A stretch of DNA of 39,657 bases from Actinomycetota bacterium (GCA_009699825.1 WLNM01000001.1:1-39657); one strand, 5' to 3'; positions 17,890 to 27,549 are shown, counted from the first letter of the stretch. Numbers and translations are program-made. The notes: generated by a model not told the origin, from the letters alone.

Positions 17890-19131
17890 ATGAAATCTTG
17901 GCCAGAAGTCTACACCCCTTCCATAGATTCCAAATATCATTTTCCGGAAATATCACTTTTCAATTCTGCTTCTAGGAAAATTGAAGTATTACCCCGTAAA
18001 AATAGATACCGAATGTACGTATGTGGAATAACACCTTATGATTCAACACACCTAGGGCATGCCGCAACATATATTGCTTTTGATTTAATCAATCGGTACC
18101 TGCGTGCAATGAATGCTGAAGTAGCTTACGTCCAAAATATAACTGATATTGACGACCCGTTACTTGAAAGAGCTCAACGAGACGGTGTTGATTGGCAGGA
18201 GTTAGCCAATTCGCAGATTGATCTGTTTAGAAGTGATATGACTGCTTTACACGTGATCCCGCCAAAGTATTACATCGGTGCTGTAGAGGCAATTCCATTA
18301 GTTACAGAGAAAATTCAAGAATTACAGGATGCAGAAGCGATTTATTCAATCAATCAGGATCTCTATTTCCGAATACATAAAGATCCCGAATTTGGTTCCA
18401 GAAGTCATCTATCAGAGGATGATTGCCTAAAGATTTTCGCAGAACGTGGGGGAGACCCTGGACGAATTGGGAAAGAACACCCTCTAGATTCATTAGTATG
18501 GCTGGCACAACGCCCCAATGAACCTGGATGGCCAAGTATTCATGGACAGGGTAGGCCGGGTTGGCATATTGAATGCTGCGCTATTGCATTGAAATATTTA
18601 GAGCCGGATTCTTCTGAAGATTTTTTGATCGATATTCAAGGTGGCGGAAGTGACTTAATCTTTCCTCACCATGAAATGAGTGCCGCACAAGCTCGTGTAT
18701 CTACGGGTAAAAAATTCGCTCGAATGTATGTCCACACTGGAATGATTGGACTTAATGGCGAAAAAATGAGCAAGAGTTTAGGTAATTTGCAATTCGTATC
18801 ATCGCTCATAAACACAGGCGTCAGTCCCATGATTATTCGTTGTGCTTTATTGATGCAGAGATATTCCAAGGATCGTATGTGGAATGATGAGCTATTGGAA
18901 AATGCGCAGATTTTTATGGATAAATTAGCGCTACATCTATCGCAAACGGAATGCGCGCCTACTCAAGAGTTGATTCAGAATATTATTGAGGCTTTGTCTT
19001 CAAACTTGGATACGGAATCGGTATTTTTCTTACTAAATAACTGGATCAAGGAAACCGAAGTGGGGGCCGTCGGAGGTAACCCTGGCGAACTGTCAAGGAC
19101 TCTTGATGCTTTACTTGGTCTAGCTATTTAA
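17890..19131 (+). CDS. mshC: L-cysteine:GlcN-Ins ligase (mycothiol synthesis)
   Basis: MKSW start, MYVCGITPYD.THLGHA, ERGGDP, GRPGWHIEC and KMSKS motifs. CysRS-like but lacks the anticodon-binding domain. Confidence 0.95.
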   Translation: MKSWPEVYTPSIDSKYHFPEISLFNSASRKIEVLPRKNRYRMYVCGITPYDSTHLGHAATYIAFDLINRYLRAMNAEVAYVQNITDIDDPLLERAQRDGVDWQELANSQIDLFRSDMTALHVIPPKYYIGAVEAIPLVTEKIQELQDAEAIYSINQDLYFRIHKDPEFGSRSHLSEDDCLKIFAERGGDPGRIGKEHPLDSLVWLAQRPNEPGWPSIHGQGRPGWHIECCAIALKYLEPDSSEDFLIDIQGGGSDLIFPHHEMSAAQARVSTGKKFARMYVHTGMIGLNGEKMSKSLGNLQFVSSLINTGVSPMIIRCALLMQRYSKDRMWNDELLENAQIFMDKLALHLSQTECAPTQELIQNIIEALSSNLDTESVFFLLNNWIKETEVGAVGGNPGELSRTLDALLGLAI

Positions 19132-19132
19132 T

Positions 19133-19795
19133 ATGTCGAATTTCTATAGTGCGGTATTTTTCGATATGGATGGTTTGTTCGTAGATTCCGAACCAATATG
19201 GCTTAGGGCCGAAACGCAACTAATGGAAAATTTTGGTTATCAATGGACTAGTGAAGATCAAAATCACTGTCTAGGCGGACCCTTGAGTCGAGTTGGGCAA
19301 TACATGTCGGAGAAAACCAATACTAAAGAATCACCCGAATATTTTACTAATAATGTAATTTTGTTAATGAGTCAAAAATTAGCATCGGGAGCACCTGTGA
19401 TGCCAGGTGCCCTCGAATTACTTAAAGATCTGCACAAGGAAGGTATTAAAACTGCTCTCGTATCTGCCAGTCCAAGGATTCTTGTGGATGCAGTATTGAG
19501 CAGAGTCCCAGAACACACATTCGAATTTTCACTTTCAGCAGATGATGTTGCCGAACCAAAACCGAATCCGGAGGCATACTTAACAGCTGCTAAAAGGTTG
19601 AATGTTGATGTGAGAGATTGTTTGGTTCTTGAAGATTCACCTAATGGGGTAAAAGCTGCATATTCAAGTGGCGCCTTTACTATTGCTGTACCCCATTTGG
19701 TGCACATTGAACCACTCGATCGCTTGCGAGTAATAAATTCACTCGAAGAGTTGAGTTTTGCAAATCTACAATTCAATTATGAGCAGGACAAATAG
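19133..19795 (+). CDS. HAD-family phosphatase (subfamily IA)
   Basis: FDMDG.FVDSE, VSAS, KPNPEAY and LEDSPNG motifs. Confidence 0.9.
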   Translation: MSNFYSAVFFDMDGLFVDSEPIWLRAETQLMENFGYQWTSEDQNHCLGGPLSRVGQYMSEKTNTKESPEYFTNNVILLMSQKLASGAPVMPGALELLKDLHKEGIKTALVSASPRILVDAVLSRVPEHTFEFSLSADDVAEPKPNPEAYLTAAKRLNVDVRDCLVLEDSPNGVKAAYSSGAFTIAVPHLVHIEPLDRLRVINSLEELSFANLQFNYEQDK

Positions 19796-20525
19796 ATTTA
19801 AAGGAACACCAATCGCATAATCTGCTCTTTCTTGGTTTCCAGTTGTTAGTTTCCATCGATTCCAAAATCGATTCGGCAATTTTTAATAGTGACTTCTCGG
19901 TAGCAATTAAATCTGATTCTAAGGGTGTATTTTTCAAAACATTCGAGTCTCCCAAATAAATTAGCTGCAATAATTTTGGAATAACGTTGTGTTCTTTCCA
20001 ATATAGCAATGCGTAAACTCTAAGCTGAAAGAGTGCCTTTTCTTCCCACCCAGGTTTGGGTGATTTACCGGTCTTGTAATCAATTATTCGTACTTCGCCC
20101 GTTGGTGCCACATCTAAACGATCCACGTACCCATGTAGGTATGTATCAGCCGACAAATTCTGCTCTAAATGAAGTTCGCGATAAGTTGGCTCGAAAGTTG
20201 TAGGATTTTCTAAACGGAAATATGTTTCGAGAAGAGATTTCGCACGGTCGTACCACTCTTTCTCACTCGTTATTAAGTTTGCTAATTCAGGTTTGAGTTC
20301 TAATTGCGCTTGCCATCTGCTTGGTAAGAGATCTAAAGCCGTTTGAATCGTACGAGATTGCGGGGGAGATTCGAAGAGATCATGAAGGATTGTGTGAACT
20401 AACGTTCCACGTTCGGCATCTATGCTTGGCGATTCAGGTAGCTGGTCGATAACACGATATTTATAGAGCAATGGGCAATTGGTAAAGTCATTTACCCTGC
20501 TTGGTGAAAGCCGCAATTGGTTCAT
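19773..20525 (-). CDS. RecB-family PD-(D/E)XK nuclease with a probable Fe-S cluster (Rv2119-like)
   Basis: LSPS...CP, GTLVH, GYVDRLD, IIDYKTGK, QL..YA and C-terminal CDWC.....C motifs. Start reassigned to the ATG at 20525. Confidence 0.88.
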   Translation of the reverse strand: MNQLRLSPSRVNDFTNCPLLYKYRVIDQLPESPSIDAERGTLVHTILHDLFESPPQSRTIQTALDLLPSRWQAQLELKPELANLITSEKEWYDRAKSLLETYFRLENPTTFEPTYRELHLEQNLSADTYLHGYVDRLDVAPTGEVRIIDYKTGKSPKPGWEEKALFQLRVYALLYWKEHNVIPKLLQLIYLGDSNVLKNTPLESDLIATEKSLLKIAESILESMETNNWKPRKSRLCDWCSFKSICPAHN

Positions 20526-20576
20526 TAACCCGAAGATACTCTGATATTTAAGGACTCGCACGCATAAGATATGCCT

Positions 20577-21428
20577 ATGTCGAATGACGGATTTTTTGCG
20601 GAAGGTGATCGGATTCAACTTACCGATCCAAAAGGAAAGATGTACACCTTCACGATTATTCCAGGCAAGGAATGGCATACTCATAAAGGTTGGATTGTTC
20701 ATAATGATTTGATCGGATTGCCAGAGGGAAGCGTTGTAAGCACAAGTGCTGGATTGCAATTCACAGCATTCAAACCTCTTTTAGGCGATTTTGTTTTGTC
20801 AATGCCGCGTGGAGCAACAATCGTTTATCCAAAAGATGCTGCCATGATTGTAGGTGTCGCAGATATTTTCCCCGGCGCTAAAGTTATAGAAGCAGGCGTC
20901 GGAAGTGGGGCATTGAGTATTTCGCTTTTGCGTGCAATCGGAATTAATGGCCAACTTTCAAGTTTTGAGCGCAGAGAAGATTTTGCAGACATTGCAACAG
21001 AAAATGTTCGTTCATATTTCGGCACCGTACCCGCAAATTGGAGTCTTACCATCGGATCGGTTCAGGATTCTGCTGTTGATAAAAATTATGATCGCGTAAT
21101 CTTCGACATGCTAGCTCCCTGGGAATGCATAGCTTTTGCCGCCGAGGTTTTGCGACCAGGTGGAGTTGTATTGGCATACGTTGCAACAACTACTCAGTTA
21201 TCTGCCACCGCCGAAGCTATAAAAGAAGACGGTCGCTTTACCGAGCCACTTAGTTCGGAAACTATCGTTAGAGATTGGCATCACGAGGGTTTGGCTGTGC
21301 GTCCGATGCAGCGAATGATTGGTCATACAGGTTTCCTTATTGTAAGCCGACGCATGGCGCCGGGAGTAAATGTGTTAGCCCGTCGTAGACGTCCTTCAAA
21401 AGGTGCTTACGGTGTCCCGGAAGAGTGA
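20577..21428 (+). CDS. trmI: tRNA (adenine58-N1)-methyltransferase
   Basis: MPRGATIVYPKD, EAGVGSGALS, DMLAPW and GHTGFL motifs. Confidence 0.95.
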   Translation: MSNDGFFAEGDRIQLTDPKGKMYTFTIIPGKEWHTHKGWIVHNDLIGLPEGSVVSTSAGLQFTAFKPLLGDFVLSMPRGATIVYPKDAAMIVGVADIFPGAKVIEAGVGSGALSISLLRAIGINGQLSSFERREDFADIATENVRSYFGTVPANWSLTIGSVQDSAVDKNYDRVIFDMLAPWECIAFAAEVLRPGGVVLAYVATTTQLSATAEAIKEDGRFTEPLSSETIVRDWHHEGLAVRPMQRMIGHTGFLIVSRRMAPGVNVLARRRRPSKGAYGVPEE

Positions 21429-22353
21429 GCGTTTAGTTAATTTAGTCATTGCATTATTAGCTACTAAAAGATACTTAACCAAGTCAGAAATTTTTAGGAT
21501 TATTGAAGGATATGAAGGCTCCAACGAGTCAATGGAACGAATGTTTGAACGTGATAAGGATGAATTGCGTGCGCTTGGTATTTCAATAGAAGTTTCCGCA
21601 TTAGATCCTCTTTTCGATGACGAAATTGGATATCGCATACGTTCGGAAGAATTTGAATTAGATCGAAATGGTTTCACCTCAAATGAGATTGCCTACATGT
21701 CTCTCGCAGCCCAGGTCTGGAAGGACGCGTCTTTGGGGGAAATTGGTCAAAAAGTGATCAGGAAATTATCAGGTTTAGCCAAGCAAGCCGATATTTCGGA
21801 GATACCTACATTGGCGCCAGTTGCGTTTAATGCTCCAATTTTTCTAACGGAAATAATAGAGTGCATAAGTAAGAGAAAACCAATCGAATTTTCTTATATC
21901 GATAGTGAATTGAATACTCTTGTCCGTCAGGTAAACGTTTATTCATACTTCGCATTAAAGGGTTTTTGGTATTTCAGTGGTTATGACGAATCAAAATCGG
22001 ACATACGAACTTTTCGTTGTGACCGAGTTTCTGGTCCTTTAACAATTTCGAAAAAAGCTAATTGTTATGATGTGCCCAACGATTTTGTAACCGACGTAAA
22101 TTTCAGCGATTCTGATGAGAAAATCTCCGCACAACTCAGTGTTCGCAAAGGCAGGGGCGCACAGTTACGTAGTTACGCATCCAAAGTCGAGCTAGGAGAC
22201 GAATTTGATTTTGTTGAACTGCCGTTTTTTTCAGAGAGTGAGTTAATTTCTCTCATTTTGTGGCATCTAGACGATGTAGTAGTGCTTGGACCTGCATCGT
22301 TGAGGGCATCAGTTGTCGCATCTTTACGCGAATTGGTTGCAACTCATGGTTAA
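21412..22353 (+). CDS. pafB: HTH-WYL transcriptional regulator PafB
   Basis: KSERLVNLVIALL, RMFERDK.ELR.LG, WYL-like WYF and RTFR.DR motifs. GTG start at 21412 overlaps the end of trmI. Confidence 0.88.
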   Translation: MSRKSERLVNLVIALLATKRYLTKSEIFRIIEGYEGSNESMERMFERDKDELRALGISIEVSALDPLFDDEIGYRIRSEEFELDRNGFTSNEIAYMSLAAQVWKDASLGEIGQKVIRKLSGLAKQADISEIPTLAPVAFNAPIFLTEIIECISKRKPIEFSYIDSELNTLVRQVNVYSYFALKGFWYFSGYDESKSDIRTFRCDRVSGPLTISKKANCYDVPNDFVTDVNFSDSDEKISAQLSVRKGRGAQLRSYASKVELGDEFDFVELPFFSESELISLILWHLDDVVVLGPASLRASVVASLRELVATHG

Positions 22354-23263
22354 TAAACTTGCTGATAACCAGGTTGCTCGCTTGTTGGATCTTGTTCCGT
22401 ATTTGACCCTGAATCAAGGTGTTGCTTTAGAAAAAATAGCCTTGGATTTCAATATCAGCAAATCTGATGTTTTAAACGATTTGAATACACTGTGGATGTG
22501 TGGGTTGCCAGGTTATACGCCACTGGAACTTATTGATTTGTCTTTTGAAACGGGTTTTGTATGGATTAGGAATGCGGAAGTTCTCAGCAATCCTCGCAAG
22601 TTAACAAATAGTGAAGTAGGAGCAATTATTGTTGGATTGAGCATCTTACGAGAGATTATCGGGCCCGATAGTTCCCACAATAAACTCGTAGAAGATCTTT
22701 CTTCCAGATTGTCGATAAAGTCTGAAATCATCGCACCTACAGTTGTGAAGGCAGAGGTTTCAGCAAGTTTAAGAGAAATGATTTATTCTGCGATGAAAAA
22801 TAATGAAAGTTTGAAGATCTCCTATCACTCTTTTTCACGAGATGAAATTTCAATACGAGACATTATCCCTTTGTCATTTTCTTATGAAGCAAATCATGAA
22901 TATGTATATTCTTTTTGTCAGCTTTCGCAAGATTTTAGGGTATTTCGTTTGGATCGTATTGTGGAGGCAGATGTAAATCAAAAATTCTTAGACATCAGTA
23001 ATCGGCAAGAAAAAACAAGTGATAGTTCGATTGATGTATCCATTAGAGTGCTTGCAAATTTGCGTAAAATTGCAGAAACTTTCAATAATAATGATCTATT
23101 GAATGCACAGTCCGGAAATCAACTGCAAATTAAAGCCTTTAATTCGGAATGGATTGTTAGAACTATATCTAGCTTTCAAGGCACGGCAGCAGTAACCCAA
23201 CCTTTAGAAATTCGTAACCTGATTGCCAACAGAGCCCAGAACGCACTTAATTTATACCTTTAG
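22346..23263 (+). CDS. pafC: HTH-WYL transcriptional regulator PafC
   Basis: RLLDLVPYL, DLNTLWMCGLPGY.P.ELIDL and RVFRLDRI motifs. Follows pafB. Confidence 0.88.
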   Translation: MVNKLADNQVARLLDLVPYLTLNQGVALEKIALDFNISKSDVLNDLNTLWMCGLPGYTPLELIDLSFETGFVWIRNAEVLSNPRKLTNSEVGAIIVGLSILREIIGPDSSHNKLVEDLSSRLSIKSEIIAPTVVKAEVSASLREMIYSAMKNNESLKISYHSFSRDEISIRDIIPLSFSYEANHEYVYSFCQLSQDFRVFRLDRIVEADVNQKFLDISNRQEKTSDSSIDVSIRVLANLRKIAETFNNNDLLNAQSGNQLQIKAFNSEWIVRTISSFQGTAAVTQPLEIRNLIANRAQNALNLYL

Positions 23264-23339
23264 GGCAATGGGCTAGGCGTTCAGACCCTTATTGGGATAA
23301 AGTTGCGCTCATAGTCATACATTCAGAGAGCGAGTAATC

Positions 23340-23525
23340 ATGTTTTTGCGCGAACCAAGCCATATCCTAATTTTGTTGCTGGTTGTTTTAGTTCTCTTCG
23401 GTGCAAAACGCCTACCTGATTCTGCTCGTTCGCTAGGAAAAAGTTTACGAATTTTCAAGAGCGAAATAAAGGAAATGAAGCAAGACGATAAGAAATCAGA
23501 TAACGACGAGTCATCTGAGAAGTAA
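23340..23525 (+). CDS. tatA: Twin-arginine translocase TatA
   Basis: One TM helix followed by [23 protein letters not shown]. Confidence 0.95.
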   Translation: MFLREPSHILILLLVVLVLFGAKRLPDSARSLGKSLRIFKSEIKEMKQDDKKSDNDESSEK

Positions 23526-23529
23526 CAAT

Positions 23530-24303
23530 ATGCCGACCTCAACTGGTGGTCGCATGCCCCTGTTTGATCATCTACGTGAATTACGTAAAAGGATTATTCG
23601 AAGCGCATGCGCAATTCTTATCGCGGCCGCACTTGGCTGGTATTTTTATAACGATATTATCGTGGAACTTGCAAGCCCTGTGTGTGATTTACGCAAAGCG
23701 CAAGAATTGGGAAATCAATACTGTGGATCGTTATATATAAACGGAGTGCTTGGCCCTCTGAATCTGCAGGTGAAAGTCGCATTTCTGACGGGGATAATTC
23801 TGGCAGCACCAGTGTGGCTTTTTCAATTGTGGGCCTTTATTGCCCCGGGTTTGCACAAGAAGGAAAAACGCAACTCTATCTTTTTCGTCATAGCAGCAAC
23901 ACCATTTTTTGCCGCTGGAGCGTATTTGGGTTATTCAGTTTTACCGGCAGCAGTAAAGGTACTTTTCGGATTCACACCGGATGCACTCAATAACCTTATT
24001 AAGTTCGACGATTATTTAGATTTTGTTCTCAGAGTGATTTTGCTCTTCGGAATCGCTTTCGAATTACCGGTATTCCTCATTAGTTTGAATTTAATTGGGT
24101 TTCTCAGAGGATCAACAATTTTGAAACCCTGGCGAATTTGGATTTTTTCCATCGTACTGTTCACCGCAGCATTTACTCCCACAGCCGATCCGCTAACGAT
24201 GTCGTTACTAGCTATTCCTCTTATTTTTCTTTATCTAGGTGCTGGTCTTTTCTGTTTATTCAATGATAAGAGACGCGATAGAAAGAATTATGATCGTGCC
24301 TGA
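23530..24303 (+). CDS. tatC: Twin-arginine translocase TatC
   Basis: MPLFDHLRELRKR, QLWAFIAPGL...EK, FELPV and TPTADP motifs. Confidence 0.95.
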   Translation: MPTSTGGRMPLFDHLRELRKRIIRSACAILIAAALGWYFYNDIIVELASPVCDLRKAQELGNQYCGSLYINGVLGPLNLQVKVAFLTGIILAAPVWLFQLWAFIAPGLHKKEKRNSIFFVIAATPFFAAGAYLGYSVLPAAVKVLFGFTPDALNNLIKFDDYLDFVLRVILLFGIAFELPVFLISLNLIGFLRGSTILKPWRIWIFSIVLFTAAFTPTADPLTMSLLAIPLIFLYLGAGLFCLFNDKRRDRKNYDRA

Positions 24304-25177
24304 TCTGCGATGGGCAATAGTTGTAAATCCAAGCGCAGGTCAGGGCACCGGTGCAGAAGTAGGTAAAAAAGTCGCAGGCTATTTCTCTAGGCACGATCTC
24401 AACTACCAAATAATTAGTGGGATATCTGCCGCAAATGTTCTGATGGATTTGCAGAAATTTCTGGAAAATAATCCAGATACTCCCGGAGTTATCTCTGTTG
24501 GGGGAGATGGTTTAGCTCATTTGGTACTCCAAGCAGTTGTGCCTTTAGATGTAGCCTTTGCAATTATTCCGGCTGGCACAGGTAATGATTTCGCACGGGC
24601 ACTTGGCTGGTCACGAGATTTGATCGAACAACAACTAGACCAAGTAACAACAATGTTGCCAACACCAATTGATCTAGGCTTAGTTGATGGAGAATGGTTT
24701 GGCGCAGTTTTATCTTCGGGTTTTGACTCAACAGTAAACGAAAAAGCGAATACGATGAAATGGCCGAAAGGTCCTGCGAAATATAATGTAGCTATAGCTT
24801 TAGAATTACCGTTGTTTAAGCCATCACATTTTGACATTGAATTAGATGATCGAACGATAAGTACCCAAGCAATGCTCATTGCAGTAGGTAATGGTTCTAG
24901 CTATGGGGGAGGAATGCAGGTTTGTCCTCATGCATCCCTTTCAGATGGTTTATTTGATGTGATGGTTTTGAATCCAATTTCGAAACTTGAATTTATTCGT
25001 GTTTTTCCAAAAGTATATTCAGGTATGCACATTCACCATCCGGAAGTAGAGATTTATCGAACAAAAAAGATACATATTAGTTCTGATGCCATTGCTTATG
25101 CCGATGGTGAAAGAATAGGATCACTGCCAATTAGTGCTGAGTGCGTGGCCAATGCTGGGCTAACATGGAGAAAATAG
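24290..25177 (+). CDS. YegS/Rv2252-like diacylglycerol/lipid kinase family protein
   Basis: VNPSAG, GGDG, PAGTGNDFAR, GN..SYGGG and YADGE motifs. Confidence 0.88.
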   Translation: MIVPDLRWAIVVNPSAGQGTGAEVGKKVAGYFSRHDLNYQIISGISAANVLMDLQKFLENNPDTPGVISVGGDGLAHLVLQAVVPLDVAFAIIPAGTGNDFARALGWSRDLIEQQLDQVTTMLPTPIDLGLVDGEWFGAVLSSGFDSTVNEKANTMKWPKGPAKYNVAIALELPLFKPSHFDIELDDRTISTQAMLIAVGNGSSYGGGMQVCPHASLSDGLFDVMVLNPISKLEFIRVFPKVYSGMHIHHPEVEIYRTKKIHISSDAIAYADGERIGSLPISAECVANAGLTWRK

Positions 25178-27549
25178 TTGCACCTGCAGAAAAGTTCGCT
25201 TCTGCCAAAAAACGCTCCTCACACCCGCTGACACAACAATTTATAGATTCTTTCGATTTTGGCTTTGATGATTTTCAAATTGCAGCATGCAATAGCGTTG
25301 AAGATGGTCATGGAGTTTTGGTGGCGGCACCAACTGGCGCAGGTAAAACTGTAGTTGGAGAATTCGCAGCTTATCTAGCACTACTGCACGGGAAGAAGTG
25401 TTTTTATACAACTCCTATCAAAGCTTTATCAAATCAAAAATTTCAGGAGTTTGTGGAGCGATTTGGAAGCGAAAACGTTGGTTTATTAACTGGAGATACC
25501 AATATTAATAGCGAGGCTCCTATATTGGTAATGACCACTGAAGTATTGAGAAATATGTTGTATCAAGGTTCAAACACGCTAATAAATTTGGGTTCAGTGG
25601 TCATGGACGAGGTTCATTATCTGGCAGACAAGTTTAGAGGCGCAGTTTGGGAGGAAGTTCTTATCCATTTAATGGAGAGTGTTCAAGTTATTTCACTCTC
25701 GGCCACTGTTTCCAACGCAGAAGAATTTGGTGAATGGTTGGGTGAAGTTCGAGGAACTATCGATGTAATTGTTAGTGAAGTAAGACCAATTCCTCTATAC
25801 CAACATGTTCTCATTGGAAATAAACTAGTTGATCTATTCACAAAACCAGGACAAATCAATGGCGAGATTCTCAAGTTAGAAAATGAAGCATTGCGCAAAG
25901 TACGCCACCGTGGGAATCGTTCAACTAGATGGGTGGATGATTCGAATAAGTTATCTCGCGCGGAAATTATAGAAAAACTTGATCGTATGGCGTTATTACC
26001 CGCTATTACATTTATTTTTTCCAGGATCGGGTGTGACGCTGCTGTAAAGCAATGCTTGCAAGCCGGGTTGCGACTGACAAACGCTGAAGAGCGTAAAGAA
26101 ATATTGGAAACTGCAAATCGATATACACAAAATCTAGCCCAAGAGGATTTGGAAATACTTGGACACTCTGAGTGGCTTGCCGCTCTTGAACGTGGAATAG
26201 CAGCGCATCATGCTGGATTACTTCCCAGTTTCAAATCGGCAGTTGAGGATTTGTTTCAACGAGGGCTAGTTAAAGCGGTCTTTGCAACAGAAACATTAGC
26301 TCTTGGAATCAATATGCCAGCAAAAACTGTAGTTCTCGAGAAGCTGGTTAAGTACAACGGAGAAGCGCACGTTCCGATTACTCCGGGGGAGTTCACTCAG
26401 TTAACAGGACGAGCGGGTCGTCGTGGAATCGATATAGAAGGTAATGCCGTTATCCAATGGTCACCCAGTATTGATTCATCTACAGCTGCAGGTTTGGCGT
26501 CAACTCGTACGTATCCACTGCGGTCTTCGTTTTCGCCCACATATAACATGGCTGTTAATTTAATTTCACGATTTGGCCGTGAACGAGCAAGAGGTTCACT
26601 TGAGTCATCTTTTGCCCAATTTCAAGCAGATAGAGCAGTTGTTGGGTTAGTAAAACAGCAGAAACGCAATCAAATAGCAATTGATGAATTACTCGATCAA
26701 GCAGGTTGTCATTTAGGAAATTTCACGGAGTATGCCAGTTTACGTAGAGGAATAAAGGAGTTAGAGGGATTTTTGAGCAAACGAGGAGGAAAGAAAACCT
26801 TCGATAACAAACAACGTATTCATATGGAATCAGAAATTGATGGTCTACGAAAAGCGATGAGAAATCATCCTTGCCACTCTTGTAATGATCGTGAAGCTCA
26901 CGCTCGCTTTGCCGAACGATCTGATCGATTGATCCGAGAAAATGAAGGTTTAAATAACCGAGTTATGAACCGTACTCACGTAATCGCGAAAACTTTTGAC
27001 AAAATATGTCATGTATTAACCCTGCTGGGTTATATTGAAGGCGAAAAATTGCTACCTCAAGGGCATATTCTTTCAAAAATATATGCAGAATCTGACCTTT
27101 TGCTGACGGAGAGTATTCGCAGAGGATTGCTCGTAGAACTCAATCCCGCCGAATTGGTAAGCGTTGCCTCTGCAATGATTTTCGAATCTCGTAGCCAGGA
27201 GGATTTATCTCCAAAAATTCCTAATGATTCTGTTGCCCAAGTTTTAGCCTCCATTACTCGAGTTTGGGCAGAACTAGAGGAGCTTGAATTAGAAGTTGGT
27301 GTCAAAACTCAAAGATCTCCTGATTTTGGTTTTTGTTACATGATTTTCCGATGGGCAAATGGATCTTCCCTTAATCAGGTACTCAAGGGGTCCGATATGT
27401 CCGTGGGCGATTTTGTCCGTTCAACTAAACAACTAGTTGATCTTCTAGGGCAAATAGCAAATGCTTCTCCGGATCTTAATAAAAAATGCAGACAAGCTGT
27501 TAAATTAATTGATCGAGGTGTGGTTACTTATCTTTTGGGGGATATATGA
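25165..27549 (+). CDS. helY: Ski2-like DEVH-box RNA helicase HelY
   Basis: APTGAGKT, PIKALSNQK, DEVH, SAT, ATETLALGINMPA and GRAGRRG motifs, plus a DSHCT C-terminus (GDFVR). Confidence 0.93.
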   Translation: MEKIVAPAEKFASAKKRSSHPLTQQFIDSFDFGFDDFQIAACNSVEDGHGVLVAAPTGAGKTVVGEFAAYLALLHGKKCFYTTPIKALSNQKFQEFVERFGSENVGLLTGDTNINSEAPILVMTTEVLRNMLYQGSNTLINLGSVVMDEVHYLADKFRGAVWEEVLIHLMESVQVISLSATVSNAEEFGEWLGEVRGTIDVIVSEVRPIPLYQHVLIGNKLVDLFTKPGQINGEILKLENEALRKVRHRGNRSTRWVDDSNKLSRAEIIEKLDRMALLPAITFIFSRIGCDAAVKQCLQAGLRLTNAEERKEILETANRYTQNLAQEDLEILGHSEWLAALERGIAAHHAGLLPSFKSAVEDLFQRGLVKAVFATETLALGINMPAKTVVLEKLVKYNGEAHVPITPGEFTQLTGRAGRRGIDIEGNAVIQWSPSIDSSTAAGLASTRTYPLRSSFSPTYNMAVNLISRFGRERARGSLESSFAQFQADRAVVGLVKQQKRNQIAIDELLDQAGCHLGNFTEYASLRRGIKELEGFLSKRGGKKTFDNKQRIHMESEIDGLRKAMRNHPCHSCNDREAHARFAERSDRLIRENEGLNNRVMNRTHVIAKTFDKICHVLTLLGYIEGEKLLPQGHILSKIYAESDLLLTESIRRGLLVELNPAELVSVASAMIFESRSQEDLSPKIPNDSVAQVLASITRVWAELEELELEVGVKTQRSPDFGFCYMIFRWANGSSLNQVLKGSDMSVGDFVRSTKQLVDLLGQIANASPDLNKKCRQAVKLIDRGVVTYLLGDI

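Noticed and set aside
17890-19131. Cysteinyl-tRNA synthetase call
   Set aside because: The CGITPY and ERGGDP motifs, the length and the context identify it as MshC.
20526-20759. N-terminal extension of the nuclease ORF
   Set aside because: It overlaps trmI on the opposite strand, and the family motif LSPS begins just after the ATG at 20525.
19773-23263. Possible CRISPR/defence locus (Cas4-like nuclease plus two WYL proteins)
   Set aside because: No repeat array or cas genes are present. The genes match the conserved Rv2119-like/trmI/pafBC housekeeping neighbourhood.
23306-23332. CGCTC/GAGCG pairing in the tatA leader
   Set aside because: Only 5 bp around a large loop, which is too weak to support.
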